Source of the DNA: a virus
Reading direction: 5' to 3' (one strand)
Length of the DNA: 64,000 nucleotides
Virus record (IMG/VR): IMGVR_UViG_3300020430_000007
Of the stretch, positions 1 to 9,402 are shown one piece after another. Numbering within the stretch: position 1 is the stretch's first letter; every line of letters begins with the position of its first letter. The notes under the pieces were generated by a model that was given only the letters and a program-made list of their open reading frames with translations, was not told where the DNA came from and searched no databases. The position numbers were made by a program, and so were the translations under genes.

Positions 1-30
1 GGTAACAATTATAAGACATTCAACAGATAT

Positions 31-59
31 ATTATAACACATACTTGAAAGGATTGCAA
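31..59 (-). promoter_or_regulatory. sigma70-type (early) promoter pointing left, out of the window
   Basis: Minus strand reads TTGCAA-17 nt-TATAAT with TG (extended -10) just before the -10. Confidence 0.7.
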
Positions 60-225
60 GGGGTACGGATAACACGAATTGACAGTGTTTTTCGTGCCTT
101 TTGTGTTATAATGGGGGGGCGGTTAGCTAAAAAAGCAAACAACCCTAACCTACAAAAGTATCCCAACGAGCGATATATAAAAAAAATCGCAAAAAAATTT
201 TTTGCCCTTAAAAAAAATTCTGGAT

Positions 226-1173
226 ATGTTTGTATACTGGGGATCTAATGATTCTGGCAAGGCACATCTGAAGCACTATGCCAAACTGAATAATAAAACG
301 GTTCTCATGTGGTGGCCGAATGAGATTCATAAGGTAAAGACCACAACCCATATCAATGAATGGTCATGGGCGGATGAGACTGTTCATCGTATCAAGTATC
401 ATGACTTGGACGGTTTTCGTAAATGTGAAAAGACAGAAAACCAGATATGGATAAACACGTTTCTATTTGAAAATTACGCTGCTACTATTAAGAGTACAAT
501 CAACCCTACCATAAATAAAGGTAAATATGGAAAACATGAAAAACATAAGAAGATATACACAAAAGAACAAATAAAGAAATATACACAGAAGGAGTATATC
601 AACACTTCAGTATACTTTGATATTATCTCAACGTTTAATAAAGCATATGGTAATGGTATCTGTAAACCATTGACTCATGATACTCTAAAGAATCACTATG
701 ATGAGATACTGGAAGATGTAGATGTAATCACATTCACTCTCCCAGACTGGGCGATAGATGATTTAGAGGATGTACTCAGAAAGTCTGTCAATATCATACC
801 GTATAAATCAAATCAACTTGATTCGGCAATCAGTAAATTAGATCACTTCAATAATGTAGAGAAGACAAATCTATTTGAAGTTTACAAAACTGATAAGAAG
901 AGAGTATGGCGTTACCTAGATTGGTATCGTGAGGAAGTGGATAATACAATAGACAAACTATCACAGCGTAACATACCTTATACATTGTTTGATTTAGATA
1001 CTGATAGTTACCCTGAAACTTTTGGATGGGAAATTGACGTAGATCGTAAGTTCAGTCATCGAGGTGTAGCATGGAATCATGAGAATTATAACAGAGTCAA
1101 AGAAATTGCCGAGGAGTATGTCATAAATAAGTCAGGATACTATCACGATAAAAATGGCATACACAAGGGATGA
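226..1173 (+). CDS. hypothetical protein with a possible degenerate P-loop at the N-terminus
   Basis: Long ORF (track 202..1173); first ATG at 226 gives MFVYWGSNDSGK; no family recognised. Confidence 0.6.
   Translation: MFVYWGSNDSGKAHLKHYAKLNNKTVLMWWPNEIHKVKTTTHINEWSWADETVHRIKYHDLDGFRKCEKTENQIWINTFLFENYAATIKSTINPTINKGKYGKHEKHKKIYTKEQIKKYTQKEYINTSVYFDIISTFNKAYGNGICKPLTHDTLKNHYDEILEDVDVITFTLPDWAIDDLEDVLRKSVNIIPYKSNQLDSAISKLDHFNNVEKTNLFEVYKTDKKRVWRYLDWYREEVDNTIDKLSQRNIPYTLFDLDTDSYPETFGWEIDVDRKFSHRGVAWNHENYNRVKEIAEEYVINKSGYYHDKNGIHKG
1123..1129 (+). promoter_or_regulatory. T4-type late promoter
   Basis: ATAAATA about 25 nt upstream of the ATG at 1154. Confidence 0.55.
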
Positions 1174-1369
1174 TGACGGTTTAGTAGGAAAAATCACACG
1201 GAACTCTGCAGGTAAATATGAGTGGAGTTTAGGTGAGTTTTATAAAGATGCTGAGATTGTTGGTAAGACTGGCACTTTTAATGGAAGGACACAACTTGTA
1301 AAAGGAACCGAAGATGATTACGACACCGCAGCAGCAGCACTAAAAGCAGCATTCGTGGCAGCAGAATAG
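1154..1369 (+). CDS. small hypothetical late protein
   Basis: 71-aa ORF with phage-like codon use and an upstream late promoter. Confidence 0.65.
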   Translation: MAYTRDDDGLVGKITRNSAGKYEWSLGEFYKDAEIVGKTGTFNGRTQLVKGTEDDYDTAAAALKAAFVAAE

Positions 1370-2121
1370 CATCGAAGCATACATATATCAGCTGAGTAGA
1401 CAATAAAAGTATATCCTTCTTGTCGCCTCTCAGAGAATTCTTCTTTAGGATCCTTTGAGAGGTGATTTCCTGGTATGTGATAACCGATTGGCACATTATT
1501 TCGTAGACATCCTTTCTTGAACTCTCCTAACACTTGCAAGTATTTGACATTTTCAAAATCACCTGCACAACCGAGAGATGCTGAAAGATCATACGGACCT
1601 ATCAGTGCAACATCCACATCGACACTTAGAATCTCATCGATGTTTTCCACAGCTTCGTAGTGTTCTATCATTGGTATGAGTAACGGTTGTTGTCCTAATC
1701 CTTCTCGGTGCTCATGAAATTGTATACCATACCCGTTTCCTCTGTTAAACCCTATACCCCGTGTGCCTCTGGGTGGCAGCGAGAAACTCTCTTTTATCTC
1801 AGAGAGTTGTGATTTATTTCTTATTTGAGGAACTATGATACCAGCAGCACCTTGTTCTAATGCTTCAATGGCACAATAGGAGTCTGGTTTAGATATACGT
1901 GCTAAAGGTAATGTATTGCCTAATTCCAATGCCCGAAATATGTTTGGTAACTGATCACGTGTAATATTACTATGTTCTAAGTCTACTCCTATAAAATCAA
2001 ATCCTTGTGATCCTAAGATCTCTGCAACCTCAGGACAGGGTAATTGCATCCAAGACCCTACAACATGTCTACCTTCTGCTAAATATTGTCGAATCTTTTG
2101 AACTGCTGCAAATTTATTCAT
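1318..2121 (-). CDS. HpcH/HpaI-family class II pyruvate aldolase (GarL-like)
   Basis: Motifs GFDFIGVDLEH, GAAGIIVPQI, PPRGTRG, MIEH, IGPYDLSASLG. Confidence 0.92.
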   Translation of the reverse strand: MNKFAAVQKIRQYLAEGRHVVGSWMQLPCPEVAEILGSQGFDFIGVDLEHSNITRDQLPNIFRALELGNTLPLARISKPDSYCAIEALEQGAAGIIVPQIRNKSQLSEIKESFSLPPRGTRGIGFNRGNGYGIQFHEHREGLGQQPLLIPMIEHYEAVENIDEILSVDVDVALIGPYDLSASLGCAGDFENVKYLQVLGEFKKGCLRNNVPIGYHIPGNHLSKDPKEEFSERRQEGYTFIVYSADICMLRCYSAATNAAFSAAAAVS

Positions 2122-2701
2122 GATTTTATTCTCTGGATGTAGTATAACATATGGTGATGAGTTAGTAAACCCCGAAAAAGACAGATTTTCTAAAAATCAT
2201 ATCAATATTGCACGGTGTGGATTGTCAAATGACATGATTGTCATGAGAACTATCGAGTATATTGAACAAAATCCCGATGTAGATTACGTTATAACGCAAT
2301 TTACAGTGCCTAGACGGTCAACATACTACAAAAATGAGTGGAAAAGCATCACACCATGGATAAAAAACGTGCAATCAGATGTATATTATAAGTATTTGGA
2401 CTCTCAAGAAATGAGAAATATGAATTTATGGAAAAATGTGTATATTTTAGAGCAATATTTACGTGACATACCGCATTATTTCTGGAGATTGAGTGAAAGC
2501 ACAGAGAAATCATCAACAAATGACGGTATTTTTAAGAATTTGGTGCCTTGGAGTAATATGAAGACCTTATATGAACTAATTGGCAGACCCGATACATCTC
2601 CTCAACACTATGTAACTGGTCACCCTAACAAAAAAGGTCATGATTTGATTGCTCAACACCTCCAAGGCGTTGTCCCAAACATATTATACCACTCATCGTA
2701 G
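2120..2701 (+). CDS. SGNH/GDSL-like hydrolase or acyltransferase (copy 1)
   Basis: Block I FSGCSITYG, GLSN block, C-terminal GHPNKKGH. Confidence 0.8.
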   Translation: MILFSGCSITYGDELVNPEKDRFSKNHINIARCGLSNDMIVMRTIEYIEQNPDVDYVITQFTVPRRSTYYKNEWKSITPWIKNVQSDVYYKYLDSQEMRNMNLWKNVYILEQYLRDIPHYFWRLSESTEKSSTNDGIFKNLVPWSNMKTLYELIGRPDTSPQHYVTGHPNKKGHDLIAQHLQGVVPNILYHSS

Positions 2702-3561
2702 TATTTGGCAAGGTATCTTCGACCAAAACTCAAGTCATCATCAGTCAAATCCTCTAAATCAGAGGAATACTGGTCACTGAGGTTCTCATGGTGGGGTGCT
2801 TTTGTTCCCATTTCAGGATAATAGCAGTTAGGGTATAGATTTTTGATGTCAAAATGTAAAAAGTCACTAAGTTTTGCTAAAGCATCGTTTTTTCCACCCC
2901 ATAAATCTTCTGAAACTATGGTTGTGGTGCTAAAAATCGATTTATAACACTTTATTCTCTTAACAAACTCACAATTTATGCTATAATTGCCTTTCATAAG
3001 ATAATTTCTGAAATAATCTCTTGATGTAGGATATTTTTTACGTATATTTTTGTCATATTGGTATTGTGCCGACAATTCGCTGTATAATCTACGAACTGGG
3101 TCACGAAAAATTATTAAAACCTTAATTTTGAAGTGTTTTCTGAGTTGAGGTGCTATTTCTTTTATAAATTTTTGGGGAAGCATTGCATTGCTGTTAGAAA
3201 AATCAGCAACATATGCATATTCGTGTTTTATTCTCTCATAATGTCTTTTGTAATATTTGATATATGTCTCTAACGTCGGTTTTGTAAATAATTCTTCAAT
3301 CTCATCTAGATTTTCAGTAAAAGCATACTTATCTTTTAGATGCCACTCATTTTTGTAGTGTGGATTCTCGGATTTACCCATAATGAATTCATACCAAGGT
3401 CTTCTCCACTCCCATGCCTCATCGCTAAAAATATGATATAATAAGTGACTCTCCTTTTGTAGTCCTACATGGGCACACTTGTTAGAACGTTGTAATGTAA
3501 GGTGAAGAGGACTTGTAGCACTCCAACCAGTCCCTGCACCGATGATCAATGGAACTCTCAT
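2653..3561 (-). CDS. sulfotransferase-fold protein (paralog 1)
   Basis: GTGWSATSPL loop, KESHLL, DFSN, FRDPVRRLYS; ATG at 3561 overlaps the upstream stop (ATGA). Confidence 0.8.
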   Translation of the reverse strand: MRVPLIIGAGTGWSATSPLHLTLQRSNKCAHVGLQKESHLLYHIFSDEAWEWRRPWYEFIMGKSENPHYKNEWHLKDKYAFTENLDEIEELFTKPTLETYIKYYKRHYERIKHEYAYVADFSNSNAMLPQKFIKEIAPQLRKHFKIKVLIIFRDPVRRLYSELSAQYQYDKNIRKKYPTSRDYFRNYLMKGNYSINCEFVKRIKCYKSIFSTTTIVSEDLWGGKNDALAKLSDFLHFDIKNLYPNCYYPEMGTKAPHHENLSDQYSSDLEDLTDDDLSFGRRYLAKYYDEWYNMFGTTPWRC

Positions 3562-4439
3562 GTCCAAGGCATAGTACCAAAGTAATTATACCACTCATCG
3601 TAATACTTTGTAAGGTGTTTTCTACCAAACTCAAGATCTTCTTCAGTCAAATCTTCTAAATCTGAAGACCATTGGTCTTTTAATTTCTTATGATGAGGTG
3701 CTTTTGTTCCCATCTCTGGAAAATATGCATTTGGCCACAATTTTTCAAACTTAAAATCTAAAAATTTCTCTAAGTTTTCTTGACAATTATTTTTTCCACC
3801 CCATAAATCCTCAGAAACGATACTTATGGTACTAAAATGCTCGTTGAATGATTTATAACTGCCAACATAATCAGAATTTGGAGTAATCTCTCCTTTTTTA
3901 AGATAACTTCTCCAATATTCTTTTGAAGTGCTATAACTATTTTGCAATTCTTTAGAATCTTGATATCTTTGAGACATTTCTGAGTATAATCTTCTTGTTG
4001 GATCTCTAAAAATCTTTAAAACCTTGATATCAAAATGTTTTTTTAATGTAGGAGCAATTTTTGCAATAAAATCTTTCGGTAAATTAGCATTACTGTTAGA
4101 AAAATCATGAACATACTTGAATTTGTGCTTCACACGTTCATAATGACGTTTATAATACTTGACATATATCTTTAAATTTGGACTTCTAGTGTAAAACTCT
4201 TTAATTTCATCTATATTATGATGTAACTTTTTAGAAGTCATCGAATTACCAACAAAACGTTTATACGAAGGTTCTCTCCATTGCCATACACTAGGGTCAT
4301 AAATATTCATCAGGAAATGGGGTTCTTTCAGAATACCTGGATGACTACATTTATTTGCACATGATAGTGTAAGATGAAGTGGAGTGGTCGCACACCAACC
4401 ATGTCCAGCTCCTATTATTAATGGAACTTTCTTATTCAT
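3558..4439 (-). CDS. sulfotransferase-fold protein (paralog 2)
   Basis: GHGWCATTPL, KEPHFL, DFSN, FRDPTRRLYS; closely similar to paralog 1. Confidence 0.8.
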   Translation of the reverse strand: MNKKVPLIIGAGHGWCATTPLHLTLSCANKCSHPGILKEPHFLMNIYDPSVWQWREPSYKRFVGNSMTSKKLHHNIDEIKEFYTRSPNLKIYVKYYKRHYERVKHKFKYVHDFSNSNANLPKDFIAKIAPTLKKHFDIKVLKIFRDPTRRLYSEMSQRYQDSKELQNSYSTSKEYWRSYLKKGEITPNSDYVGSYKSFNEHFSTISIVSEDLWGGKNNCQENLEKFLDFKFEKLWPNAYFPEMGTKAPHHKKLKDQWSSDLEDLTEEDLEFGRKHLTKYYDEWYNYFGTMPWT

Positions 4440-5085
4440 GAAAATATTATTCAGTGGTGATAGTTTTACTTATGGTGACGAATTATCAAATAGAGAAAAA
4501 GATCGTTTCTCAAGACTAGTTAGTGAACATTATGCTGCAGAAGAAATTAACAAGGCACAATGTGGTTCCTCAAACGATAAAATTGTTCGTGATGTATTTG
4601 AATATCTTCATCTGTTCAATGTTGACGCTGTAGTTGTTCAATTTTCAATATTACGTAGATTTGATGCTTATAAAGATGGTTGGATAGGAATGATGCCTGA
4701 AGATACAGGTGGAAAGTATTGTCATGCTCCAGATTGGAAGAAAAATATAGCAAGAGCATATTATAAACACGTTCAAGATGATAGAAAAGATCAAGAGCGT
4801 TATTTTCAACAAATTTTGTTGTTGCAATCATTTTTGAATCAAAAAAATATCCCATACGTTATGTTGGGTCTAGAGAGTTTTGAATATAGGCAGGAAAAGA
4901 TATATTATAATTACATCAAAGATTTTTGTGAGGATTTTGAATATATAATTCCAAATCTTATAGGAGGGTACAGATCTGAAAATTATTGTCCAGATCTCAC
5001 ACATATTAACTCTGCTTTGCATGGGATGCACCCAAATGAAAAGGGTCATAAAATCATAGCAAATCATATTATCAGTAAATTATGA
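4438..5085 (+). CDS. SGNH/GDSL-like hydrolase or acyltransferase (copy 2)
   Basis: MKILFSGDSFTYG, GSSN, GMHPNEKGH; start at ATG 4438 chosen by alignment with copies 1 and 3. Confidence 0.8.
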   Translation: MKILFSGDSFTYGDELSNREKDRFSRLVSEHYAAEEINKAQCGSSNDKIVRDVFEYLHLFNVDAVVVQFSILRRFDAYKDGWIGMMPEDTGGKYCHAPDWKKNIARAYYKHVQDDRKDQERYFQQILLLQSFLNQKNIPYVMLGLESFEYRQEKIYYNYIKDFCEDFEYIIPNLIGGYRSENYCPDLTHINSALHGMHPNEKGHKIIANHIISKL

Positions 5086-6134
5086 AGATAAGGCATAAAC
5101 CTAGAATACCAGTCGCACCACCTCCAAAAAAACCAACTTTACTTATGAATATTGGTGTTGGTTGGTCTGCAACCACTCCATTCTTATATACTCTCTCAAT
5201 AGATCAAAGATACTGTCATCCTGGTCATATAAAAGAAAATCATTACCTTAGAATGATATTTGAGCAAGATTGTTGTAATAAATTTGACATACATAAATTT
5301 ATTTTATCAACATCAGCAAATGAAAAGCAATGGATATTTAGAAAATGGCAAAAAGAATTATTTGAGTACAGTTATCACTTTCTTGATGATCCAAATTACA
5401 TAAAAGATTGGTATTCGCTTCCAGTTACCATTGATAAGTATATTGATTATTACATAAAGCATTGGGAAGTAATAAAAAGTGATTTTCATGCCGTAGCTGA
5501 TTTTTCTAATCATAATTGGGCAATTCCTTATTATGAAAATGGTTCAGACATGATAAAGGAGATACAAAAAGAATTTGAACTAAAAGTTACAGTTCAATTT
5601 AGAGATCCTATAAAACGTTTGTACTCAGAGTTAGGAACTTGTTTTGTTGATAAGAGAGTTCCACATATGTTTACTTTAGGTGCAACATCAAAACTACTGA
5701 GAGGTAGAAAATACTTACAAAACAATCAACACAATAATTTTTTTAAATTTTGCTTAGACGATGGTGCTTGGGATAGTGCAAACTGTCGATACATTGATTT
5801 ATTGACAAAGTGGGAGTCGTTAGTTGGCACTGCCAACATATTACCTATCATAATGGAAGAATTTTGGAATCCTCAATATAGAAAACAACAATGTGAGAGA
5901 TTATCTAATTTTTTAGGAGCACCAATTCAAAAAATTCATCAAAATGCCTATTTTCCAGATATGGGTGCAGATGCACCTCACCACATAGGTCTTATAGATC
6001 AATGGACCTCTGATAAAGAAACAATTACTGAAGAAACTATAGAATATGCACTAAAATACATGAAACCGTGCTATACTGATTGGAAGTCTAAATTTGGAAG
6101 TGTACCTGAGTTGTGGACAAAGTATGAAGATTAA
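5082..6134 (+). CDS. sulfotransferase-fold protein (paralog 3)
   Basis: GVGWSATTPF, KENHYL, DFSN, FRDPIKRLYS, NAYFPDMG. Confidence 0.8.
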   Translation: MKIRHKPRIPVAPPPKKPTLLMNIGVGWSATTPFLYTLSIDQRYCHPGHIKENHYLRMIFEQDCCNKFDIHKFILSTSANEKQWIFRKWQKELFEYSYHFLDDPNYIKDWYSLPVTIDKYIDYYIKHWEVIKSDFHAVADFSNHNWAIPYYENGSDMIKEIQKEFELKVTVQFRDPIKRLYSELGTCFVDKRVPHMFTLGATSKLLRGRKYLQNNQHNNFFKFCLDDGAWDSANCRYIDLLTKWESLVGTANILPIIMEEFWNPQYRKQQCERLSNFLGAPIQKIHQNAYFPDMGADAPHHIGLIDQWTSDKETITEETIEYALKYMKPCYTDWKSKFGSVPELWTKYED

Positions 6135-6735
6135 TTATGTTACTGATCCTTGGAAATGTGTAGAAATAGAAGATTTTCTACCTGAAGATAGGTGGAAAGA
6201 AATACAAGGACTAGCAAAAATAGAATTAGATAACTACCACTCTTCAAATACTAAAGAAAAGTCTGGTCATTATGTAAGATTCCTAGATTATGATATTATT
6301 CCAGAAACCAATAGTTTATTTACAGATATTGCTTTACCTCATCGTGAATATAAAGGTAAATTGAAAAAACTTGTGCATTGGGCAATTTCTCCTCCAAAAT
6401 GGAATTATCCAACTCATTGTGACAATAAATCCAGAATAAGCACTTCAATCATGTATATTTCTCCTGAGAATAGTGATGGTACTGTTCTACATAAGAACGC
6501 TAGTCAAAATGATGGAGGTGATCATGAAAAGGCAGATTTACCATCAACCTACACTTGTAAATTAGATTGGAAACCCAATAAGGTTTTCTTTCATAATAGT
6601 ATTCCAAATAAAACTTGGCATAGTATTCAAAATTCTACAGATCTTCCTAGAGTCGTATTAAGTTCGTTTCTAATACAAGAAGATTTGATTTTACCGAACA
6701 GACCTTGTTCAGGGTATGAAATTTCTATTAATTAA
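6124..6735 (+). CDS. 2OG-Fe(II) oxygenase superfamily protein
   Basis: HxD (HCD), distal His (TWHS) and downstream Arg; typical N-terminus DPW..IEDFL. Confidence 0.8.
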   Translation: MKINYVTDPWKCVEIEDFLPEDRWKEIQGLAKIELDNYHSSNTKEKSGHYVRFLDYDIIPETNSLFTDIALPHREYKGKLKKLVHWAISPPKWNYPTHCDNKSRISTSIMYISPENSDGTVLHKNASQNDGGDHEKADLPSTYTCKLDWKPNKVFFHNSIPNKTWHSIQNSTDLPRVVLSSFLIQEDLILPNRPCSGYEISIN

Positions 6736-6741
6736 TAATTC

Positions 6742-7569
6742 GTGACTACCTTATTGATTAGTGCTGGCACTGCTTTCTCTGCTAGTTCACCTTTACACTA
6801 CACATTATGTTTAGATAACAAATATGCTCATACTGGTTTATGTAAGGAAAATTTTTACCTCTATTCACTTCAAGAGGGTGTGAATATTGAGTTTGGTCGT
6901 GACACATCAAAAAACAAACCTCCACAAATGACTATCACGCACGGATGTGAGGAGTTACATGGTAGAAGATCAATAAACTCTTACATAAGATATTATCAAC
7001 GGTTGTGGGAGCATATAAAGACTGATTATCAAGCAATTGCTGACTTTTCTAATCAAAATGCTTGTTTGACTGAAAAATTCATGAAATCTATAAAACCAAA
7101 TTTACTTAAGTGTTTTAATGTCAAAGTAATAATGATTTTTAGAGATCCTATACGTAGATTGTGGTCAGTTTGTAACAAAGGTAACATCAAAGATTTTCGT
7201 AGATGGGTAAGTGGTGAATTAGAACCAAATGCCATGTATGCTGACATTTATAAAAGATATAGGAATGTTTGGGGTGAAGAAAATGTTCATATGGTGGTTA
7301 TGGAAGAATTATGGGAAGGAAAGACGCAAGCACTCTCTAATTTTTTAAATTTCCCTATAAACACAATTCATGAAAATGTTTATTACCCTGAAAGAGGAAC
7401 AAAAGCACCGCATTACGAATACTTAATGGATCAATGGATATCTGACAAACATGATTTAGATGTAAAGACATGGGAGTATGCCATAAGCAATATGGGTTGG
7501 GTGTACAAAGATTTTAAGGAAACTTTTGGATACATACCTGATAAGTGGGGTCAATGGTATGAAACCTAA
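6742..7569 (+). CDS. sulfotransferase-fold protein (paralog 4)
   Basis: GTAFSASSPL, KENFYL, DFSN, FRDPIRRLWS. Confidence 0.8.
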   Translation: MTTLLISAGTAFSASSPLHYTLCLDNKYAHTGLCKENFYLYSLQEGVNIEFGRDTSKNKPPQMTITHGCEELHGRRSINSYIRYYQRLWEHIKTDYQAIADFSNQNACLTEKFMKSIKPNLLKCFNVKVIMIFRDPIRRLWSVCNKGNIKDFRRWVSGELEPNAMYADIYKRYRNVWGEENVHMVVMEELWEGKTQALSNFLNFPINTIHENVYYPERGTKAPHYEYLMDQWISDKHDLDVKTWEYAISNMGWVYKDFKETFGYIPDKWGQWYET

Positions 7570-8524
7570 ATTATTATTGAACGCTGGAACTTGTTTCTCA
7601 GCAACAAGTCCGTTGTGGTATACTTTAGGGTTAAATAACCACTATGCTCATACTGGACACGCAAAAGAGCACAATTATCTTTATCATATGATGATTGATG
7701 CGAAAAGGTCCATCAGTACACCTAGTCAACTCAATTCATCTGTTAGATTGACTCAAAAGTGGGAACAAACTGATTTGATAAAAAAAACCAAGAAGAAGGA
7801 GAAAAAGAGGGATGGAAAAGATGGATTCATGCATGTTTATCCTGAGATGACTAAAAGGTCACCTTTTATAGAAGGTAAGTGGACATTAGAAGAAAGAAGA
7901 GATTTTTTTGATAATCCAGAACTAAGTATTGACAAATATATTAAGTATTACCTAAAACATTGGGAAAACTTTAAATGTGAATATCAATCAGTTGCAGATT
8001 TCTCTAATACTAATGCTTGCTTGTCTGTAGAGTTTATGGAAAGTATAAAACCTAAATTATTAGAATATTTTGATATAAAAGTAACAATGATCTTTAGAGA
8101 TCCTATTCGTAGGTTATTTTCAGCGTGTAATAGAGTTCATTCTAAATCTGGTGGAATTATGGAAGGATTTAGAAATTGGATCCTATCTGACAGTATGGAA
8201 GAGAACGTTTACTACTCAAACATATATAATAGGCATTGTCAGGTATGGGGTAAAGAAAATGTAATGCCTATTATAATGGAGGAGTTCTCTACTGATAAAT
8301 TATCTGATTTCTTAGGTTATCGTTTAGTCACTGCTCATCAGAATTGTTATTATCCTGAAATGGGTTCTAATGCACCAAAATATCCTGGTTTGTCAGATCA
8401 ATATAGTTCAGATAAGATAGATTTGTATAAAGAGACTTATGAGTTTGCTTTAGTACATATGGAGAACATTTATAAATCATTTGAAGAAACTTTTGGTTAC
8501 ATACCCGAAGCATGGAAAAAATAA
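7559..8524 (+). CDS. sulfotransferase-fold protein (paralog 5)
   Basis: MKPKLLLNAGTCFSATSPL, KEHNYL, DFSN, FRDPIRRLFS. Confidence 0.8.
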   Translation: MKPKLLLNAGTCFSATSPLWYTLGLNNHYAHTGHAKEHNYLYHMMIDAKRSISTPSQLNSSVRLTQKWEQTDLIKKTKKKEKKRDGKDGFMHVYPEMTKRSPFIEGKWTLEERRDFFDNPELSIDKYIKYYLKHWENFKCEYQSVADFSNTNACLSVEFMESIKPKLLEYFDIKVTMIFRDPIRRLFSACNRVHSKSGGIMEGFRNWILSDSMEENVYYSNIYNRHCQVWGKENVMPIIMEEFSTDKLSDFLGYRLVTAHQNCYYPEMGSNAPKYPGLSDQYSSDKIDLYKETYEFALVHMENIYKSFEETFGYIPEAWKK

Positions 8525-9402
8525 AGTTATTATGGAATATTGGGACCAACTATTCCGCTACAACTCCTTTTTGGTACACATTATCGTTAAATCATAAATT
8601 TTGCCATACTGGTCATCGTAAAGAATTGCATTGGCTTGATCTTCTGGAATCTCAAAAGTTTTGGAAAACGAAAATCAAGGGTAGACCACGTTATTACAAA
8701 TATTTCACTAATAGGATTTTTGGTTTTACTACATCACCTTTAGCATACCTAAAAACCGACAAACCATCAAAATTACAAAATGCTAGATGTTTCACTAAGG
8801 AAGAAGAAGAATACTTCTTCTCTTATCCAACATCAATTGAAAAGTACATTGATTATCGTAAAAGGCATTGGAATCACATAAAACATGAGTATCATGCATT
8901 AGGTGATTTTTCAAATAGTTATTGTTTATTATCTGAAGACTTTATGAGAGGTATTAAGGATAAATTACTAGAAGTCTTTGATCTAAAGATTACTGTATGC
9001 CTTAGAGACCCTGTTCGTCGTTTATGGTCCTCTAACCCTAATAAATCAGGCGGAATAGATAAAGTTTCTAATTATGGTAAAATATTACGGTCTTATTATA
9101 ATGTTTGGGGTAAAGACAATGTTCTTCCTATTATAATGGAGGAATTTTGGGATCCTAGTAAATATAGAGAGCAGACTGAAAGATTATCTAATTTTTTGAA
9201 TTATCCTATTACTAACATCTATAAAAACGTTTATTATCCTGAACTTGGTTCTAATTCACCACAATATGAATTTTTGAAAGATCAATGGAAAAATGAGAAG
9301 GATATTGATTTAGAAACATATAAACACATTTATTCTAAATTAGAATGGATTTACCAAGACTGTGAAAAAATTTTTGGTTATATCCCAGAAAAATGGCAAT
9401 AA
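8512..9402 (+). CDS. sulfotransferase-fold protein (paralog 6)
   Basis: GTNYSATTPF, KELHWL, DFSN, LRDPVRRLWS. Confidence 0.8.
   Translation: MEKIKLLWNIGTNYSATTPFWYTLSLNHKFCHTGHRKELHWLDLLESQKFWKTKIKGRPRYYKYFTNRIFGFTTSPLAYLKTDKPSKLQNARCFTKEEEEYFFSYPTSIEKYIDYRKRHWNHIKHEYHALGDFSNSYCLLSEDFMRGIKDKLLEVFDLKITVCLRDPVRRLWSSNPNKSGGIDKVSNYGKILRSYYNVWGKDNVLPIIMEEFWDPSKYREQTERLSNFLNYPITNIYKNVYYPELGSNSPQYEFLKDQWKNEKDIDLETYKHIYSKLEWIYQDCEKIFGYIPEKWQ

Noticed and set aside
79-112. TTGACA...TATAAT as a canonical sigma70 promoter
   Set aside because: The spacer is 22 nt; only the extended -10 is credible
45-248. 67-aa ORF in the track
   Set aside because: Runs through promoter elements and homopolymer tracts with a TTG start; more plausibly non-coding
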